Shown here piece by piece: positions 52,915-64,000 of a stretch of 64,000 bases of DNA (the first letter of the stretch is position 1; each line of letters begins with the position of its first letter). The stretch spans positions 32,628,270 to 32,692,269 of the forward strand of contig NC_068993.1 in assembly GCF_001194135.2 (NCBI RefSeq), written 5' to 3'. A model generated the notes under the pieces. That model searched no databases. It was not told the DNA's origin and saw nothing but the letters and a program-made list of their open reading frames with translations. A program made the position numbers and the translations under genes. Origin of the DNA: Octopus bimaculoides (lineage: Eukaryota).

Positions 52915-53500
52915 ATGTGGGTGGGTCTTCTCAAGAACCTCATATTGCCAGACATCTTGGTCCGTTGTTGTTTCCTCTGTGAGGCCCAACATCCTGAGAC
53001 CAGTCCTTATTACTTCATCCCACACCTTCCTGGGTTTCCCTTTTCGGCAGATACTATCCACTTTCAGTGACAGGAACTTCTTTATGCAGCTGTCCTCATT
53101 CATACACATCACATGTCCAAACCAATGTAGTCTTCTCTCTTGCATGTTATATTTGATTCCTCTTATGCCCAACTTTTTTCTAAATACATTTGTACTTTGT
53201 TGTACATGTGCACTGAAGTTGCACGTTCAACAGATCACACTGCCATCATTTCTCTTCAGTCTACACATGTCTTCTTCATTCAGAACCCATGTCTCACTAC
53301 CATGGAGTATAGCCATTCACACACAAGTATTATACAGTCTACCTTTCACTCTGAGAGAGAGTGCTTTTGTTACCAACAGAGGTAATAGTTCTCTGAACTT
53401 CCTCCACTCTGTTCTTATTCTAGAAACAATACTTTCAGAGCATCCTCCACCATTGCTAATTTGGTTACCTAGGTAACAGAAACTATCTACAACCTCAAGA
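52915..53500 (-). mobile_element. RTE LINE ORF fragment
   Basis: ORFs 53317..53553 (VDSFCYLG...WRKFRELLPLL) and 52903..53172 (ERRLHWFGHV...GKPRKVW). Confidence 0.85.
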
Positions 53501-54522
53501 GAGCCTGTTGGACATTGTGTGTATAAAATGAAATTAAATCCAGGTTTAGTCACAGATTGATCAAGTTAGTCAATTTTTAACATTGTCATGACAACATAGT
53601 GCCTCCATACATTCCAATGAAAAATTGAAAGAAAGAGACAATTCCGTTCTCTCTTTGGAAGAGAAATTAATTTTTGACAGTGGTGAGAAAACATCTGTTT
53701 TATTATCACAATTGAAAAGATATTCCAAGGTGTTACATGGCACAAGTCAATAATTTCTCTATATTTTTTCAACTTTCTGACTGTGTAAGGACTTCACATG
53801 GCTCTGCTGATGATTTGAAACTGAATCCACTCAATCATTGCTAAACAAGAAATTCTCAAATCTCTTTGTCTTTGCATCTTCATACTGGATGATGTATAGT
53901 AAACACTTGACTTGTAACCCTTTCTATGTCATTGAGAGGTCAGTCTTTTGTTTTAGATGCGACCTGCTTTTGGCTGTCCACTATACAATGGGAAAATCCA
54001 CTTTGTGTCACCTATTCGACTTTCTATTAGTTTTCGAAGAGCATTTCCACAGCCTCTACCTGTAATCAACTGTTTTGCTTATTTCTGACCTTTTTTACTA
54101 ATTTCTGACTGTTTTTGGCTACTTTATTTATTTATTAATCTTTTTTTTCTAATTTTTCTTACTTTCATTTACGAGATGGATTGTCCAAGATTCGAAATGG
54201 TAATGTATGTATATCCCTTTTGATACCAACCCACCCTAGACAAACCCTGGATACATGATGCAATTTCCCTGTTTTAAAGAAATCTAAATCAAAACCTTTC
54301 ATCAACATTGTTTTAATTTATGTTCCAAATGCAAAATATTTCCAGAGAAAAACAATAACAAAAGGACAAACACACACATAGTTATATTTGCTGGTACTTA
54401 TTTTGTTGGCCTTGGAAGGATGAAAGGCAACATTAACCTTGGCAGGATTTGAACTTAGAACATAAAAAAACATAGCCAAATGCCATCCAGCCACCCGCAA
54501 TATGCAAACATTTCAAGTGTAC

Positions 54523-54637
54523 CTGCAGAAAGTCCCGGATGAAGTTATTGGCTCTTTTGGAGTTTGGGCCTGGTACTTCATAGAGTGCACATTCTTGACC
54601 AATGATATAGATACAGGTTATTTCACGGATGTAATAA
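54523..54637 (-). CDS. TAF1: TAF1 exon 6, [38 protein letters not shown]
   Basis: 115 nt, phase 2/0; [11 protein letters not shown] motif. Confidence 0.97.
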
Positions 54638-54899
54638 CTGAAAAGATCATAAGATAATAATAATAACAACAACAACATGAGGGTAGAGCATGCTAAAAAA
54701 AACTGCCTTTTTGGGGACAGCAACAATTTAAAGATTGGTATTAAGTATCTTCCACAATGCTTAACATCAAGGTACCAAGTCTTATAATTTGTGGAAAGAG
54801 ACCCTGTGAGACCTTTGACAACAGGTTGCTGTCCAATCTCAAAGAATTAACAGGAGCAACTAAGATAGAGAGTTCTGAGAAGTAAAATATAATAATAAT

Positions 54900-55111
54900 T
54901 CTTTCTACTATAGGCACAAGGCCTGAAATTTAAGGGAGGGGGATAGACAATTACATCAACTCCAGTACACAACTGATACTTATTTTATCGACCCTAAAGG
55001 GATGAGAGGCAAAGTCAACCTTGGCGGAATTTAAACTCAGAATGTGAAGACAGACGAAATACCTCCAAACATTTCGCCCAACATACTAACAATTTGGCCA
55101 GCTTGCCGCCC
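54900..55111 (-). mobile_element. Near full-length SINE family B
   Basis: On the minus strand: GGCGGCAAGCTGGC head, GAGTTTAAATTCC B-box-like, central TCATCCCTTTAGGGTCGATAAAATAAGTATCAG, (ATT)n tail. Confidence 0.8.
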
Positions 55112-55581
55112 TAAATATAATAATAATAATGATAATAATAATAATGATAATAATAATAATGATAATAATAATAATGATAACCTTCATTGGCTACAAGGGT
55201 CTAACATGTAAGAGATTATCCATCAAAAACATCAACAAAACTTATAATTCAATAATCCAGTAATTATCTATTTGTCTATTTCCTCAACAATTTAACAAAC
55301 ACAACATTTCAAAATAATCAAACTCTATCAAAATTTAGATTGCGAATGTGAAAATTATTTCTGAAATGCAATAAAAGTAAAAAATATGAGGTATGTTAAC
55401 ACTCTTCATTAGATAGTGACGGTCACTACCTAAAATGTTAAGATATTTCCTCTCCTTGCAACAAAAACTCATAACACCATCATATTTTAACTTCTTCTAG
55501 TATTAACACTTGGTGCTGCACACCAAAACAAGTTTCTTCAGGTTTTCTAGTGATTTTATTTGATATTCAAACTATACTTAC

Positions 55582-55772
55582 TGCTGCCTGGTTCGTATAA
55601 TTAAAAAGTCAGTCTCGGGCATACAATGTTCATAAATAGGAGCTCGGAATAAATTATTTTCGAAGGCTTGAAGGCACAGACCGGGAGCCAAACTGCCCAA
55701 GAATGGAGATGTGTGAGCATATGCCAGTTCCCCATAAATATACTGTGGTGGATTAGAGTCTTTCCCTGGTTT
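55582..55772 (-). CDS. TAF1: TAF1 exon 5, KPGKDSNPP...HTSPFLGSL...[11 protein letters not shown]...LIIRTRQ
   Basis: 191 nt, phase 0/2, CAG/GTAAGT. Confidence 0.97.
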
Positions 55773-56437
55773 CTGTGAATGAGGAAGAAAAAAATTGTTT
55801 ACAAGACAGAAATCAACAAAATTAAAAAAATAAGGTTAGATAAATACAAATCCTTTTGAAAATGAACAACAGAATTATAAAATAAATGAAATTTATTTTC
55901 ATATAAAGAAATAAAACTTATTGTAGTATATTATTTTCAGCAATAATAATAATAATAATAACAATAATAATAATACTGAGATTAGAAAACTGAAATAATG
56001 AAATTCCAAAATAAATATCACTTTCCATAGTGGGTGTTTTTCTGTTATGAAAGGTAACATTTGACAAAAATCTCTCCTCTCTCTCTCTCTCTTTCTCTCT
56101 CTCTGCACATGCACCTTAGCCAGGGCACATAATTCTCTATAGGTAAGTCTACTTCATTGAAGTACAGTTCTTCAGCATAATTTTAATGTCCATTCTCCCA
56201 TGCTTGCATGGAAATTAATTGGACAGAATTCACTGAGGCAGATTTTTCTATGGCCAGATGCCCTTCCTGTCATTAAGCTTCGCCTGTTTTCAAGTAAGAT
56301 AATATTTTCCCATAGCTAGATGTTTCTCCATTGAAGATTGGAAACAAATGACACCATTTGTATGATGGTGGTACTTGCTTACAACTATCACATGATGTCA
56401 AGACAAAAACACACATATATATACATACACACGTGTG

Positions 56438-56483
<46 letters not shown>

Positions 56484-56499
56484 TGTATCATTATTATCA

Positions 56500-57428
56500 T
56501 CATCGTCGTCATTTAACGTGCTGGCATGGATTGGAGGGTTTGATTGGGTGCTGGCAAGCCAGAAGGCTGTACCAGGCTCCAATCCGATCTGGCAAAGTTT
56601 CTACAGCTGGACACCCTTCCTAACAACAACCACTCCAAGAGTGTAGTGGGTGCTTTTTACATGCCACCAGCACGAGGGCGAGTCAGGCAGTACTGGCATC
56701 GACCATGCTTGAATGGTGCTTTTTATGTGCCACCGGTACAGGAGCCAGTCAGGCAGCACTGGCAATGATCATGCTTGAATGGTGCTTTTAATGTGCCACT
56801 GGTACAGGTGCCAATCAAGCAGTACTGTCATCGGCCATGACAATGATTTCATTTGCCTCAACAGGTCTTCACAAACACAGTTTATTACCCAATGGTTGAA
56901 GGGTATTCTTAAATGGGCTGGTTATGCTGCACTGGCATAGGCCATGGTTACGGTCTCACTTGGCTTGCCGGGTCTTCTCAAGCACAGCATGTCACTTGTC
57001 ATTGCTTCGGTGAGGCCCAATGTTCAAAGATCGTGCTTCACCACCTCATCCCAGGTCTTCCTGGGTCTACCTCTTCAACAGGTTCCCTCTATTGAGAGAG
57101 TGTGACACTTTTTCACACAGCTGTGCTTATCTATTCACAACACATGACCATACCAGCACAGTCATCTCTCTTGCACACCACATCTGATGCTTCTTAAATC
57201 CAACTTTTCTCTCAGGATACTTACACTCTGTCGTGTATGCACACTGACATTACACATCCAGCGGAGCATACTGGCTTCATTCCTTGCAAGCTTATGCATG
57301 TCCTCAGCAGTCACGACCCATGTTTCACTGCCATGTAGCATGGCTGTTCACACAAATGCATCATAAAATGTACCTTTTACTCTGAGCGAGAGGCCCTTTG
57401 TCACCAGCAGCAGTAGGAGCTCTCTGAA
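56500..57428 (-). mobile_element. 5'-truncated RTE LINE, inverted relative to 24814-25961
   Basis: Reverse complement of the same ORF end and 3' UTR. Confidence 0.85.
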
Positions 57429-57469
57429 CTCTCTGCTATATATATATATATATATATACATATATATAT

Positions 57470-57502
<33 letters not shown>

Positions 57503-57939
57503 TACATACAACTGGTTTCTTTCAGTTTTCATCTACCACAAGACATTAGTCAACTTCAGGTTTTACTAGAATTAGAAGGAGCTATGCAGTGGGACTGAAC
57601 CTTTAACCATATGGTCGGGAAGCAAAGTTCTTAACCATACAGCCATCCCATGAGAAGCTGTGCCTTGTTCATAGTCACTGCAAAATAATTGAATGATGGG
57701 ATGAAGTGTGAGTGAAGTCACCAGAAGGCAAGTCAATAAAATATTGAGATTCTGGTCAAACTGTCAAGCTCACACGTTGTCATTGCTGCTGTGCTGTGTA
57801 TGTAGATAACCAAGACAAATAAACTTCCAATGGTTCATTAAACAACCCATCCGTAAACTGATACAAAACAAAGTTCAGTTAGGCAGAAATAACTGTATAA
57901 CTAACAAGTACTTCATTAACTTTCATTAACTGGCTTTAA

Positions 57940-58171
57940 CCCTTTAAGAGCTATACTTTTTAAGAAAAACACTGTATTAAGTTTCAATTAACCTTTAAAA
58001 TAATTTATAATTTCAAGGGATTTAGTAAAATGCCTAAATTTAGCCAGTGTTTGGAACAGTTTCAAATAAAATTATATGATGGAATGCTTTAATTTAAATA
58101 TGAATATTTTTAAACAAAGGTTTTAGTATAAGAACCAGAGATTAGTCTCAGGTGGGTCAGGATTAAAAGAG
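57940..58171. mobile_element. TTAA-flanked (piggyBac-like) MITE
   Basis: TTAA at 57936-57939 and 58172-58175; ends CCCTTTAAG and CTCTTTTAA; related segment near 54213-54250. Confidence 0.5.
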
Positions 58172-58816
58172 TTAACCCTTCTGACAAGTGAAACTTGCAA
58201 TAGATCTTTCAACCACAGAACAGAAAGTACAATTAATAGCGATGAAAGACAGAGGGCAAATAAACTGAGGTGACTGGATATTAAAAGCAACAACTGATGT
58301 TCCACCAGACAAATGATTGTACTGGTATGGACATGTAATGCATATAAACAACAATGTACTGACAGTAGAAGGATGTGTGTTAGAAGAAAACCAAGAAACA
58401 CAAAAGAAGTGGTGGCGGCAGATCTAAGGATGTTGGGTCTAGTGGACAAGATGACACAGACTGGAATGGAATGGTTGGTTGTGTACCGAAGAGTGTCCAA
58501 TAGGACACTCTTCCAGTATAAGACAGATGTTAAAATGTTGATAATTATAATGATTACGATGACAATGATGAGATGTTGATAAACCTAGTAGATACCTGAT
58601 AGACCCTTTAGAAATACCTTATAAATACCTATTAGAGTGGGTCTCTACTTTAAATAACTAACCTTAAAATAGAAAACTACCGCAAAATGTTTGTACAATA
58701 CAAAACTATAAAATATGTCAAGTGAAGTGTCGAAGTCAAAGAATGGAAATAGTCGGAACTCAATTCCTCTTTACATTGCTCACTAGAAACCAAATGGTGT
58801 GAATTATAAAGTATAC

Positions 58817-58990
58817 CCTTTTATAATAATTCTTGACTTTGGTGGCCATTCCAACTTGCATCATCAAAGGTGGAAATTCTTCAGAGTATTCAGTCATGAT
58901 AAGTTCTCCATCCATGCCAGAAAGATCCTGCATTGTACGCATGAAGAAAATTTCCCCACCACCATAAGCTTGCCGTTCCACTTCTCTCAT
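58817..58990 (-). CDS. TAF1: TAF1 exon 4, [19 protein letters not shown]...[11 protein letters not shown]
   Basis: 174 nt, CAG acceptor, GTATAC donor; strongly conserved TAF1 motif; lies in ORF 58760..58999. Confidence 0.97.
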
Positions 58991-59123
58991 CTGAAACAAG
59001 AAACAAAATTGAAAAAATTCACTCAGAAAATATTGTTGTTGTTTTCAGATGCCTTATTTGAATTGTTACAAAAATCATTGCTTGAATAGAATATCAGAAC
59101 CGAAAGTAAAAATATCATCTTAC

Positions 59124-59297
59124 CTTTGCTTTCCGCTTTATTTGTTTTAACAAAGGCAAAACCGAATGTGGCCCATGTGTGGCCAATGCTCCATAGGAAT
59201 AACGTTTGATTTGTGGACGATGGAAACTGCGTAGTTTTGAAGGCCCCATATGAGTTGGGAACAGGGGCTGCCTTAATTCCAAAGCTGGGGTAGAGTG
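59124..59297 (-). CDS. TAF1: TAF1 exon 3, [18 protein letters not shown]...KQIKRKAK
   Basis: 174 nt, AG/GTAAG; similar to HSIPAVELRQPFFPTHMG. Confidence 0.97.
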
Positions 59298-60040
59298 CTA
59301 CAGAAAAAAAAATAATAAATAAATACACACACACACACATTTGAATTTCCAAACAAGAAAAAGAGTTCTCAATACACAAAGTAGAGTTTATTTATTGGAA
59401 GCTAAAAATGTCAGTCACTACCCTAAGTGTCGTACTTCTGCTTTACACAGTGAAATATATATATTCATGCATTCATTTCATATCAATTTTTCAATCTAGT
59501 GTGCATTAGACAAATATGTCATTGAGGCAATGTTCCACAGCCAGATGTCCAACCTGCCACTAAAACTTACCTGTTTTTCTAGTAAGGGATCTTTTATTTC
59601 ACATGTCTTCAAAGTTATGAAGTGAACTAACAAATAACAAGACACAGCTCCTGACTTTCATACAGAACAAAATTAAGCATACATGCACGCATGCACACAC
59701 ACACACACACGCGCGCGCACACATATTTACAATGTCTTCTTTCAGTTTTTGTCTACCAAATTCAATCACAAGGCTTTGGTCAGCCCAGCACTGACTAGAG
59801 CACTATCCCCAGGTGCCACACAGTGAGACTAAACCTGAAACCACATGGTTGGGAATCAGACTTCTTAATCACACAGCCATTCCTTTGTCTTTACACACAC
59901 ATACTCTATAAGAATGAAGTCCCATATCACAAAGAAAACTATGAATGAAATACTAATGTGACAAAATGCAAATAAGAAAGAAAAGAGGAAAGAAAGAAAT
60001 CAAGTAAGAAGAGAGGAAAGTGTTGGTATTTGATACTTAC

Positions 60041-60157
60041 CTGGATTAGACTTCCTCCCATGTTAGTCCGGAGAGCATTATCCATCGTAAGCTTTGGATT
60101 GTAAAACTCATCATTTGATAAATTGAAAGGATCTTTCCTTTGTGTAGTGGTTGGAAT
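60041..60157 (-). CDS. TAF1: TAF1 exon 2, IPTTTQRKDPFNLSNDEFYNPK...MGGSLIQ
   Basis: TAG acceptor, GTAAG donor, 117 nt; similar to KDPWNLSNDEYY...GGNIIQ. Confidence 0.95.
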
Positions 60158-61536
60158 CTAAAATTAAACATGAATATCGTCATTATCATTACCATTAATG
60201 AATGGGACTTGTAGAAGAGGGGGAACCAAGGATAGATACAGGCTGAAATGGTGAGGGCTGATCTCAAGATGTTGAACCTCACAGAGAAGACAAAAGACTG
60301 AGACAATTGGTGATTCGCTGTGCTCAAGACCTTCTCTGCCAGTGAAAATGAGGTCCTAAAAGCATTGTGTTTATTCCTGTCTATGCTAGGCCCTAAACCC
60401 AATTTGCCCATGTTAAGCACCACTACCATATCACATCTTCCTATGGCTCATCCTCTATCATTCTTCTAACTACAGTATTTACTCAGTTGCTGCAATTATC
60501 TAAGAGCAGAAACAGCACATACTTCTTCCCACCTTGGCACTACTAGGTACCTTATTCTATCATCCCTGTTCATATTATTTTCCAGTCACTTCGTTTCTGT
60601 GTCTTCAGTAATCTCTTGCTCCCCTCTGAACTACATCTTAGATCTGCCATTTCCCATCTGCTATCATTCTCAATAGCCTCTCTTTTTAACTATCAATGCC
60701 CAACCCTAACCTTTGTCATTCCAGTCAATACAGCCAACCTCATGTACCTCTGACCCTATCTCTGCAACATGTCATCACCCTCATGCCCACCTCCATAGTC
60801 ACTCCCAGCACATCATCTCCCTACTTTCTGATCTATCTAGATATATGATACTACTGCCCTCCACTCCTCCTGTGCTGTTGCTTGTCACCTCCCATTCCAT
60901 ACTGATATTTACCATTGACCACACCTTCACTCTGTTACATCACTCCCTATATTCATTCACTTCTAACCCAATTTCTATCCATCTGTTCACTCCTTCCCAC
61001 ACTCTTATGAAATTATCCACCCATTCTTTCCCTCCTGATCCACAATCTATATTTCACCTTATACACATCTTCTTATACTTCATGAGTCACTCTGGTATCC
61101 TGTCACCTCCATTTTTATCTCCTTCCAGTTACTTTTGGTCACAATTGCATACTGAGGGGTAGCCATGAATTTTATAGCTTGTCCCTCTACTATGCTTTAG
61201 CCTTCAAAACCTGGCACAAAGCCATCTCTTGTTCTCTTGAATACAATCCCACACAGTTGAGAGGGCTTTTCCTTTTCCTTCTTTACTTTGTCTTGCAAGT
61301 TACTTAGTGTCCTCACTAGTGCTGGTGCCACACATAAAAAAAGCATCCAGTACACATTGTAAAGTGGTTGGCATTAGGAAGGGCATAGAAACCATACCAA
61401 AGCTGATATCTGGATCAGACACAGCTCTATGGATGACTGGACCCTGTCAAACCATTCAACCCATACCAGCATGGAAAATGGATGTTAAATGATGATGATG
61501 ATAATGATGATGATGATGATAATGATGATGATGATT

Positions 61537-62110
61537 CCTGTTTAGGACAGACCTGGCTATCAGCTGACTCCATCATGAAGATTGCTCTGCTGCCTTGCTT
61601 TGGTCAGAAAGGGAAGGCAGTTTACCTTTCTCTCGTGGCTATGGCAAAAGTGGTTGTGAGGTGGACAAGATTGAAAGGACTGGAGACAGACTCTTTCCTC
61701 TTCAACCAAGCTCTGATCAACTTTTTAAAATTCCATTTGAAAAGGAAGGTATGAGTTGAGAGGGATGTGCTGCTTCCTACCAGTAAATTGTTGTAAGAGG
61801 GATGAATGTGACAAGGATGGCCCAAGCGAATGAACCTACACGTAGGCTGAAGAGTACAGAGAAGAGAAAAGCACTTGTCATGGAACTCCTTGTCAGTAGG
61901 GCGGCTTGGGATCTCTGAGGTACTTTGGTTGCCCCTGAGTGCTGTTTCCTTCCGTCGGGGAATTTGTTTGTTAGAATTTTTTTAATTGTTATTGTTTTTT
62001 ACTGTGTACATATTCCTATGTAAATCCCCTGTCCTTTGTCTTTGTACATCCTAAATATATTTGTAGCTCTTGTGATCTTTTTTTTCTTTTCTATGTTAAA
62101 CCTGTTTACA
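61537..62110 (+). mobile_element. L1/Tx1-like LINE ORF2 C-terminus and 3' UTR fragment
   Basis: AMAKVVVRWTRLKGLETDSFLFNQALINFLKFHLKRKV resembles Tx1-type C-termini; family assignment from memory. Confidence 0.45.
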
Positions 62111-63048
62111 TGCAAAACACTCACAATACACACACACACACATATACACACACACATTCAATGTTTTGTCCTGTGCCATCAGTAGTTTTATTTATATTGC
62201 ATGCTTTCACTACACTACCGAGCATAGCTTTGTCTGCCTTGGATATGTACTGTGGTGCGATCTGGTGTTGTTATTTTTACTACATTGAAAGTGCTCTGTG
62301 TTAGTTGTGTGATACCTAGCAGCACTATTCTCAATATGTTAGGGTTTGGTTATATATTTGTCAGCGTGTTTTATGATCATACTTATTAAAACAACTCTTA
62401 TTAAAGGATTCTTTCTGTTTTCAGACCCCATGTTCAGGTTACTTCTATTTGTAGATCTTTATATCTCAATCATCATCATCATCACCATCACCATCACCAT
62501 CATCATCATCATCATCATTATTATTATTATTATTATTATCATCATTAATATTACAGTGTAGCAATTATTAGTAATTTATTCTGAAGACAGACAGAGAGAT
62601 AGATATAGACATTCATATACATATTAGGGTACACTAATACTAATTATAGCCACCAGATGTCACTGGTGATTACAGTCAGGTTAACAAAGCAATATTTTAT
62701 GTAACATTCATTATATTTTCAAAAGGTAAGAATTGTACACAAATGTATTGCTTGATTAACAACAAAATGCTAGATTTGGGGAAAAAAAAAAGGTATCTAT
62801 GAGGTCACTCAACCTACAAGAAACAGCAACCAAATCTTCCTTAAATCCCACCATACTGTCTAAAAGGAAGGACACATTAAACGATGCAGTCCTACAAACA
62901 TATCTGAAGAAACAGGAGAGTCAAAGCTAGAATATCTTTAATCCTAGACTTATTCTATCAGAGCTGATCTAGGGCTATAGAACAACAACAGACATATTAA
63001 CAATGACAATAACAATATTATTTTAATGATACAAATGTGATAGCATAC

Positions 63049-63117
63049 CTCTTTTTCTTCCTCCTCTTCCTTAATAATTCCAGCCTTACCAAGCAAGATT
63101 TTGGATTTTTTAATTTC
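63049..63117 (-). CDS. TAF1: TAF1 exon 1 (window numbering), EIKKSKILLGKAGIIKEEEEEKE
   Basis: CAG acceptor, GTATG donor, phase 0/0; similar to human KKSRILLGKTGVIKEE. Confidence 0.92.
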
Positions 63118-63219
63118 CTGTAAAATTAATTGAATATTCAACTTAGAAACAATAAATGATAATAATATCATTTGGTTTTAAATTCTTATACATATATATA
63201 TATATATATATATATATTC

Positions 63220-63600
63220 TTTTATTCTTTAACTTGTTTCAGTCATTTCACTGTGGCCATGCTGGAGCACCACCTTTAGTCGAGCAAATCGACCCAAGGA
63301 CTTATTCTTTGTAAGCATAGTACTTATTCTATTGGACTATGTTGCCGAACTGCTAAGTTATGGAGACATAAACACATCAGCATCGGTTGTCAAGCGATGT
63401 TGGGGGGACAAACACATACACACAAACATATACACACACATACATATGTATATATACATATATACGATGGGCTTCTTTCAGTTTCCATCTACCAAATCCA
63501 CTCACAAGGCTTTGGTCGACCTGAAGTTATAATAGAAGGCACTTGCCCAAGGTGCCACGGAACCATGTGGTTGGTAAGCAAGCTACTTACCACACAGCCA
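63220..63600 (-). mobile_element. SINE family A, well-preserved copy
   Basis: ggctgtgtggtaagtagcttgcttaccaaccacatggttcc head on the minus strand, internal (TA/CA)n, 3' domain. Confidence 0.85.
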
Positions 63601-64000
63601 TACCTTACATACATTTATAATAAGTGGTTAATCATAAAAAAGATATCACAAAATATTTGGACATAGAACTATGAAATATTGCCAAAGTAGGTCATAGTAG
63701 TATTATAATGGAATATTCTACCATCCCAATTGTTATATGGACTGTTAGATATGTAATTCGTCTGACGTTCCGTGTGTCATGTGGTTCGTCTGAGTTCATT
63801 GTTTCATTGTTGTTGTCTTGTGGGACTGTCGTAGTAAAATGTCATTGATATATATATAGCGGACATGACTTTTGTTTATTCATAACGAACATTGGGTGAG
63901 TGCGTTCTTTGTATGTAATTGAACAATAAATGTAATAATTAAATTGTATAACTCGTTATGTTATCTCTGCGAGTCAGTCCGAGGGAAACATAACACCAAT

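Overview
Eukaryotic, AT-rich, microsatellite- and SINE/LINE-dense draft-assembly sequence with four N gaps; the repeat content suggests an octopus/coleoid cephalopod (inference). Almost the whole window is one minus-strand gene, TAF1 (largest TFIID subunit). I reconstructed 31 coding exons by hand (63117 down to the stop at 1867-1869). All phases are compatible: 4224 nt, 1407 aa plus stop. They cover the central DUF3591/HAT-like region, the zinc knuckle, both bromodomains and an acidic tail. The 5' exons lie beyond position 64000. Exons are numbered 1-31 within the window in transcript order. The introns hold two tRNA-derived SINE families, RTE-type and L1/Tx1-like LINE fragments, a deleted DD37D Tc1/mariner element, MITEs, minisatellites and several inverted repeats. 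I see no prokaryote-type system and no CRISPR. The best leads are RNA-level: a sense-strand-favoured pre-miRNA-like hairpin (47123-47206) with a second hairpin in the same intron, a GC-AG intron, in-frame tandem donors 6 nt apart, long intronic inverted repeats that could be ADAR substrates, direct repeats bracketing a symmetric exon, and stem-loop monomers in an RTE 3' UTR. Comparisons to human and fly TAF1 are from memory and need an alignment.
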